From positions 1-51,222 of IMG/VR virus record IMGVR_UViG_3300033067_000202: DNA of 51,222 bases; one strand, written 5' to 3'. The translations under genes were made by a program, and so were the position numbers. Source of the DNA: a virus. Lineage: Duplodnaviria > Caudoviricetes. Positions 10,278-19,404 of the stretch are shown piece after piece; the first letter of the stretch is position 1, and every line of letters begins with the position of its first letter. Below the pieces are notes generated by a model, which worked only from the letters and a program-made list of their open reading frames with translations, ran no database searches and had not been told where the DNA came from.

Positions 10278-10733
10278 ATGAGTACTGTAACAACCCTCGC
10301 TAAAGGCGGCACTTCTGGTGTCGCTGGGGAAACTATTACCGTTCGTCGGTGGGAGCATGAAATTGATATTGCTTCTGCTGTGACTGCGGGTCTGGCTACT
10401 ACTGATTATGTAGTAGTTGTTAACATCCCTGCTAATACCTATTTCACTGTTGAACAGGTAGAAGTAGTAACTGCATTGTCTCTAGGTGCTGGTGCACGTA
10501 TTGACTTGGGTGATTCTGGTAGTGCAACTGTGTTTGTTAACAACGCAACCACTCTTACTGCTGGTACTGACCTTACCATTGCTTCACGTACTGGTAACGC
10601 ATCTAATGGTGCTGTATATATCTCAGCGGATACTCTCCGTCTTAAGGTAACTGGTGGTACTATTGCTACTGGTAAACTACGTTTTGTAGGCACTATTATG
10701 TCTGCTGCACGTAACGCACCAATGACTACTTAA
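10278..10733 (+). CDS. putative capsid decoration/minor structural protein
   Basis: Beta-rich; follows the major capsid gene; strong SD. Confidence 0.55.
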   Translation: MSTVTTLAKGGTSGVAGETITVRRWEHEIDIASAVTAGLATTDYVVVVNIPANTYFTVEQVEVVTALSLGAGARIDLGDSGSATVFVNNATTLTAGTDLTIASRTGNASNGAVYISADTLRLKVTGGTIATGKLRFVGTIMSAARNAPMTT

Positions 10734-10753
10734 TTTAATTAAGGTAAACGCTA

Positions 10754-11656
10754 ATGACATATAATTACTTATGGCTTATTAATAGACTCTGTCAAAAGAT
10801 GGGGGAGGTCGAGCTTTATGCTATTGATGTTCCTACAGCCCAAGGAGTTTACGCAGATTTTAAGTCTGCTATTAATGCTGCCATAGGTGATATATGTCAA
10901 CAGCAAGATAATGAATGGCCGTTCAACTGGGTTAGTCAAACTGATTATACTACAATAGGTATCAATGAGTACACTAAGCCAGTTGCTGCGGTTAATATAG
11001 ATTGGGATTCTTTCAGGATTAAAAGACAACCTGTGGGAATTACTTCAATAACTCAAGTAGGTGGATTAGCTACAGCTACAGTATCCGGTGGGCATTTATT
11101 GATTACTGGTGATAATGTTAGAATATATGGTGCTAACCAAGCGGATTATGTAGGTAACTTTACTGTTACAGTTACCTCTTCTACTACTTTTACTTTTAGT
11201 GTATCTGCAAGTGCAGTAACCCCTGCTACAGGAACACTTTATTTAATACCTCCTTTTGCTACCAAGAAACTTACTCAGATAGATTATGATGCCTATAGAG
11301 AAGAAGGTTGGGAAGAAAGAGATGACTCTATGCTTGGGACAGACCAATTTGGTGTTCCAGATAAAGTTGTAAGAAAGCCAGATAATAATTTTATAATTAG
11401 TCCTAGACCAAATAGGATATATCCAATAAACTATAATTATTATACTATGCCTAGTGACTTAGTTTTATACAGTGATGTTCCTGTTATTCCAGAAGAATGG
11501 AAAGAAACTATTGTTAAAGGTGCTATATATCATTGTTATTTATTTAGAGATAATATTGAAGAAGCAGCTAAAGCTCAAGATGACTTTGATAAAGATGTAG
11601 TATCAATGCGTAGAATACTTATACCAATACCTTCATTTATGCGAGTAACTAATTAA
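10754..11656 (+). CDS. head-tail adaptor (tail tubular protein A-like) with an inserted beta domain
   Basis: NEWPF, P.P...Y...Y and PVIPEEWKETIV motifs; position in the tail module. Confidence 0.7.
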   Translation: MTYNYLWLINRLCQKMGEVELYAIDVPTAQGVYADFKSAINAAIGDICQQQDNEWPFNWVSQTDYTTIGINEYTKPVAAVNIDWDSFRIKRQPVGITSITQVGGLATATVSGGHLLITGDNVRIYGANQADYVGNFTVTVTSSTTFTFSVSASAVTPATGTLYLIPPFATKKLTQIDYDAYREEGWEERDDSMLGTDQFGVPDKVVRKPDNNFIISPRPNRIYPINYNYYTMPSDLVLYSDVPVIPEEWKETIVKGAIYHCYLFRDNIEEAAKAQDDFDKDVVSMRRILIPIPSFMRVTN

Positions 11657-13203
11657 TGGATAGATGGTCAAGTCAACCTATATCATGTGTAGGTGGATTA
11701 GTTTTAGATACAGATACTCTACTACAAGGAACACAGTTTCCCGGTACAGCTAGACAGTTACAAAATTTTGAACCTGATATTGCTGGTGGCTATAGACGTG
11801 TTTCAGGATTTACTAAATATGATTCTAACATAGTTGCAGATGCTTCTAGTAATCCTATTCTAGGACTTAAAGTTGCTATGGGTGGAGTATTTGCTTGTCG
11901 TAAAATTGCCGCAGGTACAGATAATAGAATATATTACTCTACAGGTGCAGGATGGACTAGAGTAACTACAACAGCAAGACCCGGAGCAGTTACTAAAGCT
12001 AGATTTACTTCATATTCATTGTCTGCTCCTGTAGTTATACAATGTGATGGTGTTAATCCTGCATGGAAATGGTCAGGGGGTGTTGAGACAACTATTAATG
12101 GTGTAGGTGCTCCTACTAATCCTAAGTATGCTAGATTATTTAAAGGTAGATTAGCCTTAGCTGGATATGGTACAGGAGATAAACTTTCACTTTCAGCAGC
12201 TAATGCGGATACAGATTTTACAGGTGCTTCTGGTGCTATAGAATTTAATGTGGGTGATACAATTAAAGGACTTGCAGTATTTAGAGGTACTTTAGTTATA
12301 TTTTGTGAACGTAGTATAAAAAGACTTACAGGTTCTACTAGTGCTGATTTTATAATTGAATCAGTTACAGAATTTATAGGGTGTGTCTCTGGTGATACTA
12401 TACAAGAAGTAGGTGGGGATTTACAATATTTAGCAACTGATGGAGTACGTTCATATGAAGCCACTACTCGTATTGGAGATATAGAATTAAGTTTAATATC
12501 AAAACCTATACAACCTTTAATATCTAATGTATTATCTATTGGTTATACAGAAGATGAATTTAGTTCGTGTGCTATTAGGAAAAAAAGTCAATATAGATTA
12601 TTTATTAACAATTCTTCCGTTGGGGATACAGATAACACTAACTTTTTAGGAAGATTAACAGATACTCCTGTAACTAGTCATGGTCAATTTGAATGGGCTT
12701 TACTTGTAGGTTTTAAAGCTTATTCTGCTGATTCTCAATATACAAGTAATACTGAAATAGCTATATTTGGACATACTACTAATGGGTATGTTTATAGAAT
12801 GGAATCAGGCAATACTTGGGATGGGACTAATATAGAAGCTCTATATAGAACCCCTGATTTAACCTTATCTGATGCCACTTTACGTAAAGTATTTCATAAA
12901 ATACATATGTTTACTTTAGTTGAAGGAGATATTGATATGAATGTATCTCTTTTATTAGATAGAGAAGATATAAATATTATACAGCCTAGTGCTATTAATG
13001 TAGGTCAAACTGGTGGTACTTCAACATATGGTTCAGCGATTTATGATACTGATGTGTATGGAGCATTCATATACCCTAACTTCAAAAAGAATTTAATAGG
13101 TTCAGGTTACTTTGGGGCATTTTTATTCTATTGTAATAACGATTCTGCTCCTTTTAGGATAGACTCCTTTGTAATTTCATTCGCACTTAAAGGAAGACGA
13201 TAA
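11656..13203 (+). CDS. tail nozzle/stabilisation protein (tubular protein B / P22 gp10-like)
   Basis: GGLVLD, NFEPDIAGGYRR, IGCVSGDTIQEVGGD and FRIDSF motifs; propeller-like repeats. Confidence 0.75.
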   Translation: MDRWSSQPISCVGGLVLDTDTLLQGTQFPGTARQLQNFEPDIAGGYRRVSGFTKYDSNIVADASSNPILGLKVAMGGVFACRKIAAGTDNRIYYSTGAGWTRVTTTARPGAVTKARFTSYSLSAPVVIQCDGVNPAWKWSGGVETTINGVGAPTNPKYARLFKGRLALAGYGTGDKLSLSAANADTDFTGASGAIEFNVGDTIKGLAVFRGTLVIFCERSIKRLTGSTSADFIIESVTEFIGCVSGDTIQEVGGDLQYLATDGVRSYEATTRIGDIELSLISKPIQPLISNVLSIGYTEDEFSSCAIRKKSQYRLFINNSSVGDTDNTNFLGRLTDTPVTSHGQFEWALLVGFKAYSADSQYTSNTEIAIFGHTTNGYVYRMESGNTWDGTNIEALYRTPDLTLSDATLRKVFHKIHMFTLVEGDIDMNVSLLLDREDINIIQPSAINVGQTGGTSTYGSAIYDTDVYGAFIYPNFKKNLIGSGYFGAFLFYCNNDSAPFRIDSFVISFALKGRR

Positions 13204-13204
13204 T

Positions 13205-13747
13205 ATGGTAATATATTGTATTACTAATCTTTTAAATGGTAAGCAATATATAGGATTGACTACTCAGGCTTTAAATATTAGGTGGGCAGAACATTTAAGT
13301 AGGTCAAGATATAAACAATATAGTTCTGCTATTCATTCAGCTATAAGAAAATATGGTAAAGAAAACTTTATAATAGAACCTATAGCATGTGCTTGTACTA
13401 TAGAAGATTTAAAAGCTTTAGAAATAATACTTATAGAACAATATAATACATTTAGAGCTGGCTATAATTTAACTGAAGGTGGTGATTTTAAGGTTGTACA
13501 TCAAGATGTAAAAAATAAAATATCTAAAAGTAAAATAGGACATAGTGTTTCAAAAGAGACTAGAGAGAAGTTAGCAGAACACAATAGATTAAAATGGCTT
13601 GTAATACATCCAAGTGGACAAGAAGTAATCACTGATAATTTAAAGAGTTATAGTAAAGATATTAATATAAATTATTATAGTTTAGTTGCAACACATAATA
13701 AAAACAGACCATGTTATGGTTATAAAGTTAAAAAGATAGGAATATAA
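13205..13747 (+). CDS. GIY-YIG homing endonuclease with NUMOD3-like motif
   Basis: VIYCITN...YIG...RW.EH, GYN and ISKSKIGHSVSKETREKL. Confidence 0.9.
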   Translation: MVIYCITNLLNGKQYIGLTTQALNIRWAEHLSRSRYKQYSSAIHSAIRKYGKENFIIEPIACACTIEDLKALEIILIEQYNTFRAGYNLTEGGDFKVVHQDVKNKISKSKIGHSVSKETREKLAEHNRLKWLVIHPSGQEVITDNLKSYSKDININYYSLVATHNKNRPCYGYKVKKIGI

Positions 13748-13750
13748 TAC

Positions 13751-15265
13751 ATGAGCGTGGGGTATACGAGACAATCTGCTGGTACAATACTTACTGGTAA
13801 TACTATACAGGCATCAGACTTTAATGCTGAGTATAATTTACTAGAAAGTGCTTTTGGTGCTGTTAGTGGTCATAACCATGATGGCACTATAGGTGGTGGT
13901 GCTAAGATACCTGTAGCTGGTTTATCAGGATTGACTAATACTAGTGCTGGTATAATGGTAGCTGATGGTGCAAATGGTTATGTCCTAAGGACTCTTACTG
14001 CCCCTGCTGCTGGTATAACTATTACTAATGGTACAGGTGTATCAGGTAATCCTACTTTAGTATTGGCTAATGATTTAGCTGGACTTGAAGGACTTGCAAC
14101 TAATGGTGTTGCTGTTAGAACTGGAACTAGTACATGGACTACTAGAACTATTACAGGTACAGCAGGTAAAATAACTGTTACTAATGGTGATGGTGTATCT
14201 GGTGCTCCTACTTTAACTATAGATTCAGGATATATTGGACAGAATACTATAACTACTTTAGGTACTATAGTAACAGGTGTATGGAATGGTACTGCTGTAG
14301 GTATAGCTTATGGTGGTACTGGACAAACTACTGCTAATGCTGGTTTTAATGCTTTAGCCCCAAGTCAAGCCACTAATAGTGGTAAATTTTTAACTACTGA
14401 TGGTTCTAATACTTCATGGGCAACTGTAAGTATTCCTTCTGCTGGCTTAGCTGACCCCGGTGGTAATGGGGTAGTTGTACGTACTGCTCTTAACACTACT
14501 GCTAATAGAACTATTACTGCTGGTTCAAACATTTCTGTTACTAATGGTGACGGTGTAGCAGGTAATCCTACTATTGCAGTAACTGGTATTGGCTCAACTA
14601 TTCAAGGTTATGATGCTACTTTAGCGTCTCTTGCAGCGTATAATACAAATGGTCTTTTAACTCAAACTGCTGCTGATACATTTACTGGTAGAACTATTAC
14701 AGGTACTACTAATAGACTTGATGTATCTAATGGTAATGGTGTATCAGGAAATCCTACTTTAGATATTTCTAGTTCTTATGTAGGACAAGCTACTATAACT
14801 ACTTTAGGTACTATAACTACTGGTACATGGACAGGAACTACTATAGCTAGAGCTAATGGTGGAACTGGCTTGACTACTGCAGGAACTTTAGGTAATATAT
14901 TAACTTCAGATGGAACTAATTGGGTATCTTCACCTCCTGCAAATACAGGTACAGTTACTTCTGTAGCTACTAGTGGAGGTATTACTGGGGGTACAATTAC
15001 CGCAACTGGAACTATTTCAATAGATACAAATAACTCAATAGGGATAGGTGCTTATGCTTTGTTGCGTTTTCAAGTATCAGGTGGGTCTGTAGTCAATAGT
15101 TCTACTGTATCTGGGGCAAATCTAGAAATAGTAAAGTTTTCAACTACTGGTGCTATAACTGCTTCTGGTAATCCTAGTGGTACTTGGAGAAACGTCTCTG
15201 GAACTACTTTAACTAATGGTGGTGGTACTAATGGTGAATATGGTATGTTTATAAGGACAGCGTAA
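13751..15265 (+). CDS. tail fibre protein with internal repeats
   Basis: GYTRQ...GHNHDG N-terminal anchor; four RTIT...NG.GV.G.PT repeats. Confidence 0.85.
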   Translation: MSVGYTRQSAGTILTGNTIQASDFNAEYNLLESAFGAVSGHNHDGTIGGGAKIPVAGLSGLTNTSAGIMVADGANGYVLRTLTAPAAGITITNGTGVSGNPTLVLANDLAGLEGLATNGVAVRTGTSTWTTRTITGTAGKITVTNGDGVSGAPTLTIDSGYIGQNTITTLGTIVTGVWNGTAVGIAYGGTGQTTANAGFNALAPSQATNSGKFLTTDGSNTSWATVSIPSAGLADPGGNGVVVRTALNTTANRTITAGSNISVTNGDGVAGNPTIAVTGIGSTIQGYDATLASLAAYNTNGLLTQTAADTFTGRTITGTTNRLDVSNGNGVSGNPTLDISSSYVGQATITTLGTITTGTWTGTTIARANGGTGLTTAGTLGNILTSDGTNWVSSPPANTGTVTSVATSGGITGGTITATGTISIDTNNSIGIGAYALLRFQVSGGSVVNSSTVSGANLEIVKFSTTGAITASGNPSGTWRNVSGTTLTNGGGTNGEYGMFIRTA

Positions 15266-15474
15266 TGACAATACAAATATTAGCAATAAAAAACCCTAAA
15301 TATTCAAAAGCAGATAATAGTTTAATTGACGTGCAAGTTAAATTTTCTCATATGCCAGAAGATTTTGTCTGGTTTACTGCATCTCTTAATGATACTACAT
15401 CATATGGGCCTGAAATATATCAAAGGGCACTTAATGGGGATTTTGGTGTAATACAAGCATATCAAGGAAATTGA
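15265..15474 (+). CDS. putative tail fibre assembly protein
   Basis: NPKYS...FTAS..D...YG..IY.RA..GDFG; follows the fibre gene. Confidence 0.65.
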   Translation: MTIQILAIKNPKYSKADNSLIDVQVKFSHMPEDFVWFTASLNDTTSYGPEIYQRALNGDFGVIQAYQGN

Positions 15475-15477
15475 TAC

Positions 15478-15756
15478 ATGGTAGAATTAGGTTTATTTCA
15501 ATGGATTATTGGCGGCATAGTGGCATTAGGATTAACATTATTTGCATATCTTAATGGCAGAGTCACTAATATTCATACTAAACATCAAGAATTTAGGACT
15601 CATGTGGCTGAAAAATATAGCACTAAGGATGATACAAGTACAGTAGAAACTAAATTAAGCCATACTTTAGATAGAGTACATGGTCGTATGGATAATATTG
15701 ATAAGAATATTAGGGAATTACCTAAACAAATAATGGAATATATTAAGGATAAATAA
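15478..15756 (+). CDS. membrane protein (N-terminal TM helix plus coiled coil)
   Basis: Hydrophobic LFQWIIGGIVALGLTLFAYL. Confidence 0.6.
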   Translation: MVELGLFQWIIGGIVALGLTLFAYLNGRVTNIHTKHQEFRTHVAEKYSTKDDTSTVETKLSHTLDRVHGRMDNIDKNIRELPKQIMEYIKDK

Positions 15757-15757
15757 T

Positions 15758-16015
15758 ATGTCACGTAACTATAAAAATGAGTACCAAGCATATCAAGGAA
15801 AGCCAGACCAAATTAAAAAGAGAGCATCTAGAAATAAAGCTCGTGCTCAAATGATTGCTGCTGGTAAAGCCTCTAAGGGTGATGGTAAAGATATAGGACA
15901 TAAAAATGGTAATCCTTTAGATGATAAGATGAGTAACTATAAGGTTCAAACTAAGCATTCTAATAGGTCTTATCCAAGAACAAAGTCCGCAAAGAAAAAG
16001 AATAAAACAGATTAA
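15758..16015 (+). CDS. small basic HNH-like protein
   Basis: GDGKDIGHKNGNP...N......NRS. Confidence 0.6.
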   Translation: MSRNYKNEYQAYQGKPDQIKKRASRNKARAQMIAAGKASKGDGKDIGHKNGNPLDDKMSNYKVQTKHSNRSYPRTKSAKKKNKTD

Positions 16016-16021
16016 TAAATA

Positions 16022-16050
16022 TTGACAAATAGTTAATTTTATGGTATAAT
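16022..16050 (+). promoter_or_regulatory. consensus sigma70 promoter with extended -10
   Basis: TTGACA-17 nt-TATAAT, with TG at the extended -10 position; intergenic. Confidence 0.85.
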
Positions 16051-16075
16051 GGTAAGTAAAATATAAGGTAAATTA

Positions 16076-17314
16076 ATGACTACTACAACTACAGATACAG
16101 GGCAACCATTAGACCAATATATGGCAGGTCAAGTAAGTAACCCACAGTTACCTACAGGTACTACTTTTATACCTGAACTACAGCCTACAGACCCAGCAGT
16201 ATTACAAGCTCAAGGTACTATAATGAATGGTACTGGGGCTACTATGCCTAACCAAGCACCTGTAGTTAATACTCCTACTGTAGTTGCTCCTGTAACTCAG
16301 GCCGTAACTGGACAGGCTTCTACTATAGACCCTAATGCTCCGGGAGCTAATATTAATCCTCAAGCAGGGCAATATACTGCTAGTACAATAGGTAATAATG
16401 TACCTCAAGGTACTGCTGCTCAAGGTACAGTTAATCCTAATGCCACAGTTCAAGGACAGTTAGCTAACTTATATTCTCAAACTGCTAATGGACAAACTCC
16501 TGCATGGGCACAAGGAGCGGTAAATGCTGCTAATGAAGCTATGGCTGCTAGAGGACTTGGTGCATCAACTATAGGTACAACTGCTCTTGCTTTAGCTGTA
16601 CAACAGTCTGCGTTACCTATTGCTGCTCAGGATGCTTCAACATATTTCCAAATGGATATGACCAATCTGTCTAATGAACAGCAGATGGCTATGGAGAATC
16701 TAAAGAATAAACAACAGGCTTTATTGAGTGACCAAGCGGCTACTAATGCTGCCTCACAGTTCAATGCTTCTAGTGCTAGTCAGACTCAACAGTTTATGGC
16801 TACTTTAGTATCTAACATTATGACACAGAATGCTGATAGAACTCAAGCTATGTCTCAGTTCAATGTAGGACAAGAGAATCAAATAGCCTCACAGAATACT
16901 GCAAATAGTATTACAACTCAAAGCTTTAATGCTCAACAACAGGCAGCAGTTAATCAGTTTAACTCACAACAGCAGTTTGCTAGAGACCAGTTTAATGCTC
17001 AGGCAGCTTTTGCTATTGAACAATCTAATGTATTATGGCGTAGAAATATCAATACAGCTAATACAGCAGCTATTAATGCAGCCAATCAGACTAACGTACA
17101 GAATGCTTTTGATATGTCTCAGAACGCTCAAAATCAGTTATGGCAGCAATGGAGAGATAGTGCTTCATGGGCATTCCAATCATCTGAGAATGAAAAAACT
17201 AGACAGTTTAATGCAGCTATGCAAGCCAATAATCAGACATATAATAGTGAAGGTAGTAAGTTTAATTGGGCAACAGCAGCAGGTCAATTTGCTAGCGGTT
17301 TAATAAAGGTGTAA
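16076..17314 (+). CDS. Gln/Asn/Ala-rich internal virion (DNA pilot/ejection-like) protein
   Basis: Repeated QFNA motifs; coiled-coil composition. Confidence 0.65.
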   Translation: MTTTTTDTGQPLDQYMAGQVSNPQLPTGTTFIPELQPTDPAVLQAQGTIMNGTGATMPNQAPVVNTPTVVAPVTQAVTGQASTIDPNAPGANINPQAGQYTASTIGNNVPQGTAAQGTVNPNATVQGQLANLYSQTANGQTPAWAQGAVNAANEAMAARGLGASTIGTTALALAVQQSALPIAAQDASTYFQMDMTNLSNEQQMAMENLKNKQQALLSDQAATNAASQFNASSASQTQQFMATLVSNIMTQNADRTQAMSQFNVGQENQIASQNTANSITTQSFNAQQQAAVNQFNSQQQFARDQFNAQAAFAIEQSNVLWRRNINTANTAAINAANQTNVQNAFDMSQNAQNQLWQQWRDSASWAFQSSENEKTRQFNAAMQANNQTYNSEGSKFNWATAAGQFASGLIKV

Positions 17315-17318
17315 ATAA

Positions 17319-17633
17319 ATGGCAGATTTTTTCGGTGGTATATTAGATAGTGTTAGTTCTGTGGGAGATGATGTTCAAGGCTTCTTTAATAGCTCTATAG
17401 GTCAAGCTGTAGCTAAAGGTGTTTCAGGTGCTTATGGGGATAAGAAACAGAAGGAACTTAAATGGAATGAAGGTTTCATGGGACAAAAAGAATATGATTC
17501 ATTTAATGCAGGTAAAGCTGACCAAGCTCCTACATCTAAAGATTTCCATGAAGTTGAAAGACAATGGCTATTACGTATGAAGAAATTTGCTGGTCTGTCA
17601 GACGATACAGCAGTTAAATTAGGAGCTAAATAA
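17319..17633 (+). CDS. hypothetical virion protein
   Basis: ORF within the internal-protein cluster. Confidence 0.6.
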   Translation: MADFFGGILDSVSSVGDDVQGFFNSSIGQAVAKGVSGAYGDKKQKELKWNEGFMGQKEYDSFNAGKADQAPTSKDFHEVERQWLLRMKKFAGLSDDTAVKLGAK

Positions 17634-18100
17634 TGGTAATGGATTTATTACAAGCACCAATTCCGGGTCAATCACTTACTACAGAACCGGGGTCTGCACC
17701 ATTTGAGACACCACCTCAACATACTGATATTGAAACAGCTTTACAGGAAATTTGGGATAAATTAACTTTACCTAAACAGGTAATTAGGCTTTGTATCATC
17801 CTTAAAAAAGGTATGCCAGCAGAATATTTAGCTAAGACAATTCTATTTGAAGGATTCTCTAAAGGTAAGTGGACTCCTGATATGGCATTTCTTATGCTTA
17901 AAGTTGTAATGTCAATGATTATAGCTATTGCTGTAGCTAAAGGTATTAAACCTAAGATATTTAACCCTGATAAAGACCAAGAAGCATTTCTTGACCAGTT
18001 CATTGATGACCCTGAAGTTAATGCTGAAGAACCTATTCCACAAGAACCTACTAAGGAACTACCTAAAGAATTTACTGGATTACTAGGAGCTAAACTATAA
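17633..18100 (+). CDS. conserved hypothetical phage protein
   Basis: APIPGQSLTTEPG..PFETPP N-terminus; stop/start overlap. Confidence 0.65.
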   Translation: MVMDLLQAPIPGQSLTTEPGSAPFETPPQHTDIETALQEIWDKLTLPKQVIRLCIILKKGMPAEYLAKTILFEGFSKGKWTPDMAFLMLKVVMSMIIAIAVAKGIKPKIFNPDKDQEAFLDQFIDDPEVNAEEPIPQEPTKELPKEFTGLLGAKL

Positions 18101-19404
18101 TGGGATTTTTAAATGATTTTGGTAGAGGTTTATCTAAAGGCTGGGATAAACAACTTAAAGATGACGCTGAAGTAGATGTATATAAACGCAAGGCTGTAGC
18201 TGAAGCTGATATTAAAGCTGCCTTAGATGACCGTAAAGAAGCTCAGAGACAGAAACAGGCTCAAGAGAATATGGCTGCTGCTGGGTTTGCTCCATTACAA
18301 CCTGCGTCTAATTTAGATAGCTTTGGTTTACCTAAAGGTACACAAGATACACCTGCTGTAGCTACTCCTGCTTCAACTGTATCTCAGCCTACCCAAGATT
18401 TTATGGGGCAATTCTCAGACCTTAAGACTAAAGCTGCTAAAGCTCAAGCTATGGGTAATGATGATTTAGCTAAAACATTTAATACGCAAGCAGATATAGT
18501 ACAGCAAAAACTTCAAGAACAGAAATATAAACGTACAACTGCTAGAGAAGATACTACTGGTGTAGAAGGTTTAACTCCTGCTAAAGAATTGATTAAAGAA
18601 GATACTGCTGTATTTAGTAAGAATGAGCTTAACACTGGTTTATATGAAAAGTACTTTGGTGAACCTAAAGCATTGAACTATGCTAATCCATCAGATAGTG
18701 ATGTTAAAGATATTAATGAAGTAAAGAAAGCTAGTAAACAAGCTAGTAAGATTGCTTCTATATTAACTTCAGCTAGTGCAGACCAAGCTACAGGTAAAAG
18801 TACTTTAAGTAGTGAAGAACTTAAATCAGATGCAGTTAACCTTGTGAAGAATAAGAATATTTTACTAGATGATAGTAAGTCTGAACAGCATGATGCAGCC
18901 TTAAGTTCTATACATGATATACTACAGAATTATCCAGAAGCTTCTCATTCACTATTTAAGACACTTGAATTAGATAAAGTACCTACTCCTGCTGCCTCAC
19001 CTAATTATGGTAATAGGTCGGATGGTACGCCTAAAGGTACAGGCTTTCTAGGTGAACTAAAACGTCCTGATGGTACTGTTTCAACTGAAATTTCTGTAGG
19101 AGTTAATATTGATGGTAAAGAAATGGAAATACCTACCCTAATACCTACTTTAACTGATGCAGAAAAAAATAGTTTACTTAATGGTGATAAGCCTACTAAA
19201 GCTATTGTAGATAAGGCTGTTGCTTTTGCTAAACAAAGAATAGCTCAAGGTAAACCTGTATTTGCAAATAATAATGAATCCCCTACTCAGCCAGTTACTT
19301 TAAGTAATGATAAACCTACTGGTATTACACAAGCTGAATATATGCAATTACCTTCTGGTGCTACTTATACTGCTCCTGATGGTACTACAAGGACTAAACC
19401 TTAA
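18100..19404 (+). CDS. internal virion/ejection protein
   Basis: Helical composition; C-terminal LPSGATYTAPDG; translationally coupled. Confidence 0.6.
   Translation: MGFLNDFGRGLSKGWDKQLKDDAEVDVYKRKAVAEADIKAALDDRKEAQRQKQAQENMAAAGFAPLQPASNLDSFGLPKGTQDTPAVATPASTVSQPTQDFMGQFSDLKTKAAKAQAMGNDDLAKTFNTQADIVQQKLQEQKYKRTTAREDTTGVEGLTPAKELIKEDTAVFSKNELNTGLYEKYFGEPKALNYANPSDSDVKDINEVKKASKQASKIASILTSASADQATGKSTLSSEELKSDAVNLVKNKNILLDDSKSEQHDAALSSIHDILQNYPEASHSLFKTLELDKVPTPAASPNYGNRSDGTPKGTGFLGELKRPDGTVSTEISVGVNIDGKEMEIPTLIPTLTDAEKNSLLNGDKPTKAIVDKAVAFAKQRIAQGKPVFANNNESPTQPVTLSNDKPTGITQAEYMQLPSGATYTAPDGTTRTKP

Noticed and set aside
13751-15265. Diversity-generating retroelement target
   Set aside because: No reverse transcriptase and no template/variable repeat pair with A-specific mismatches were seen.
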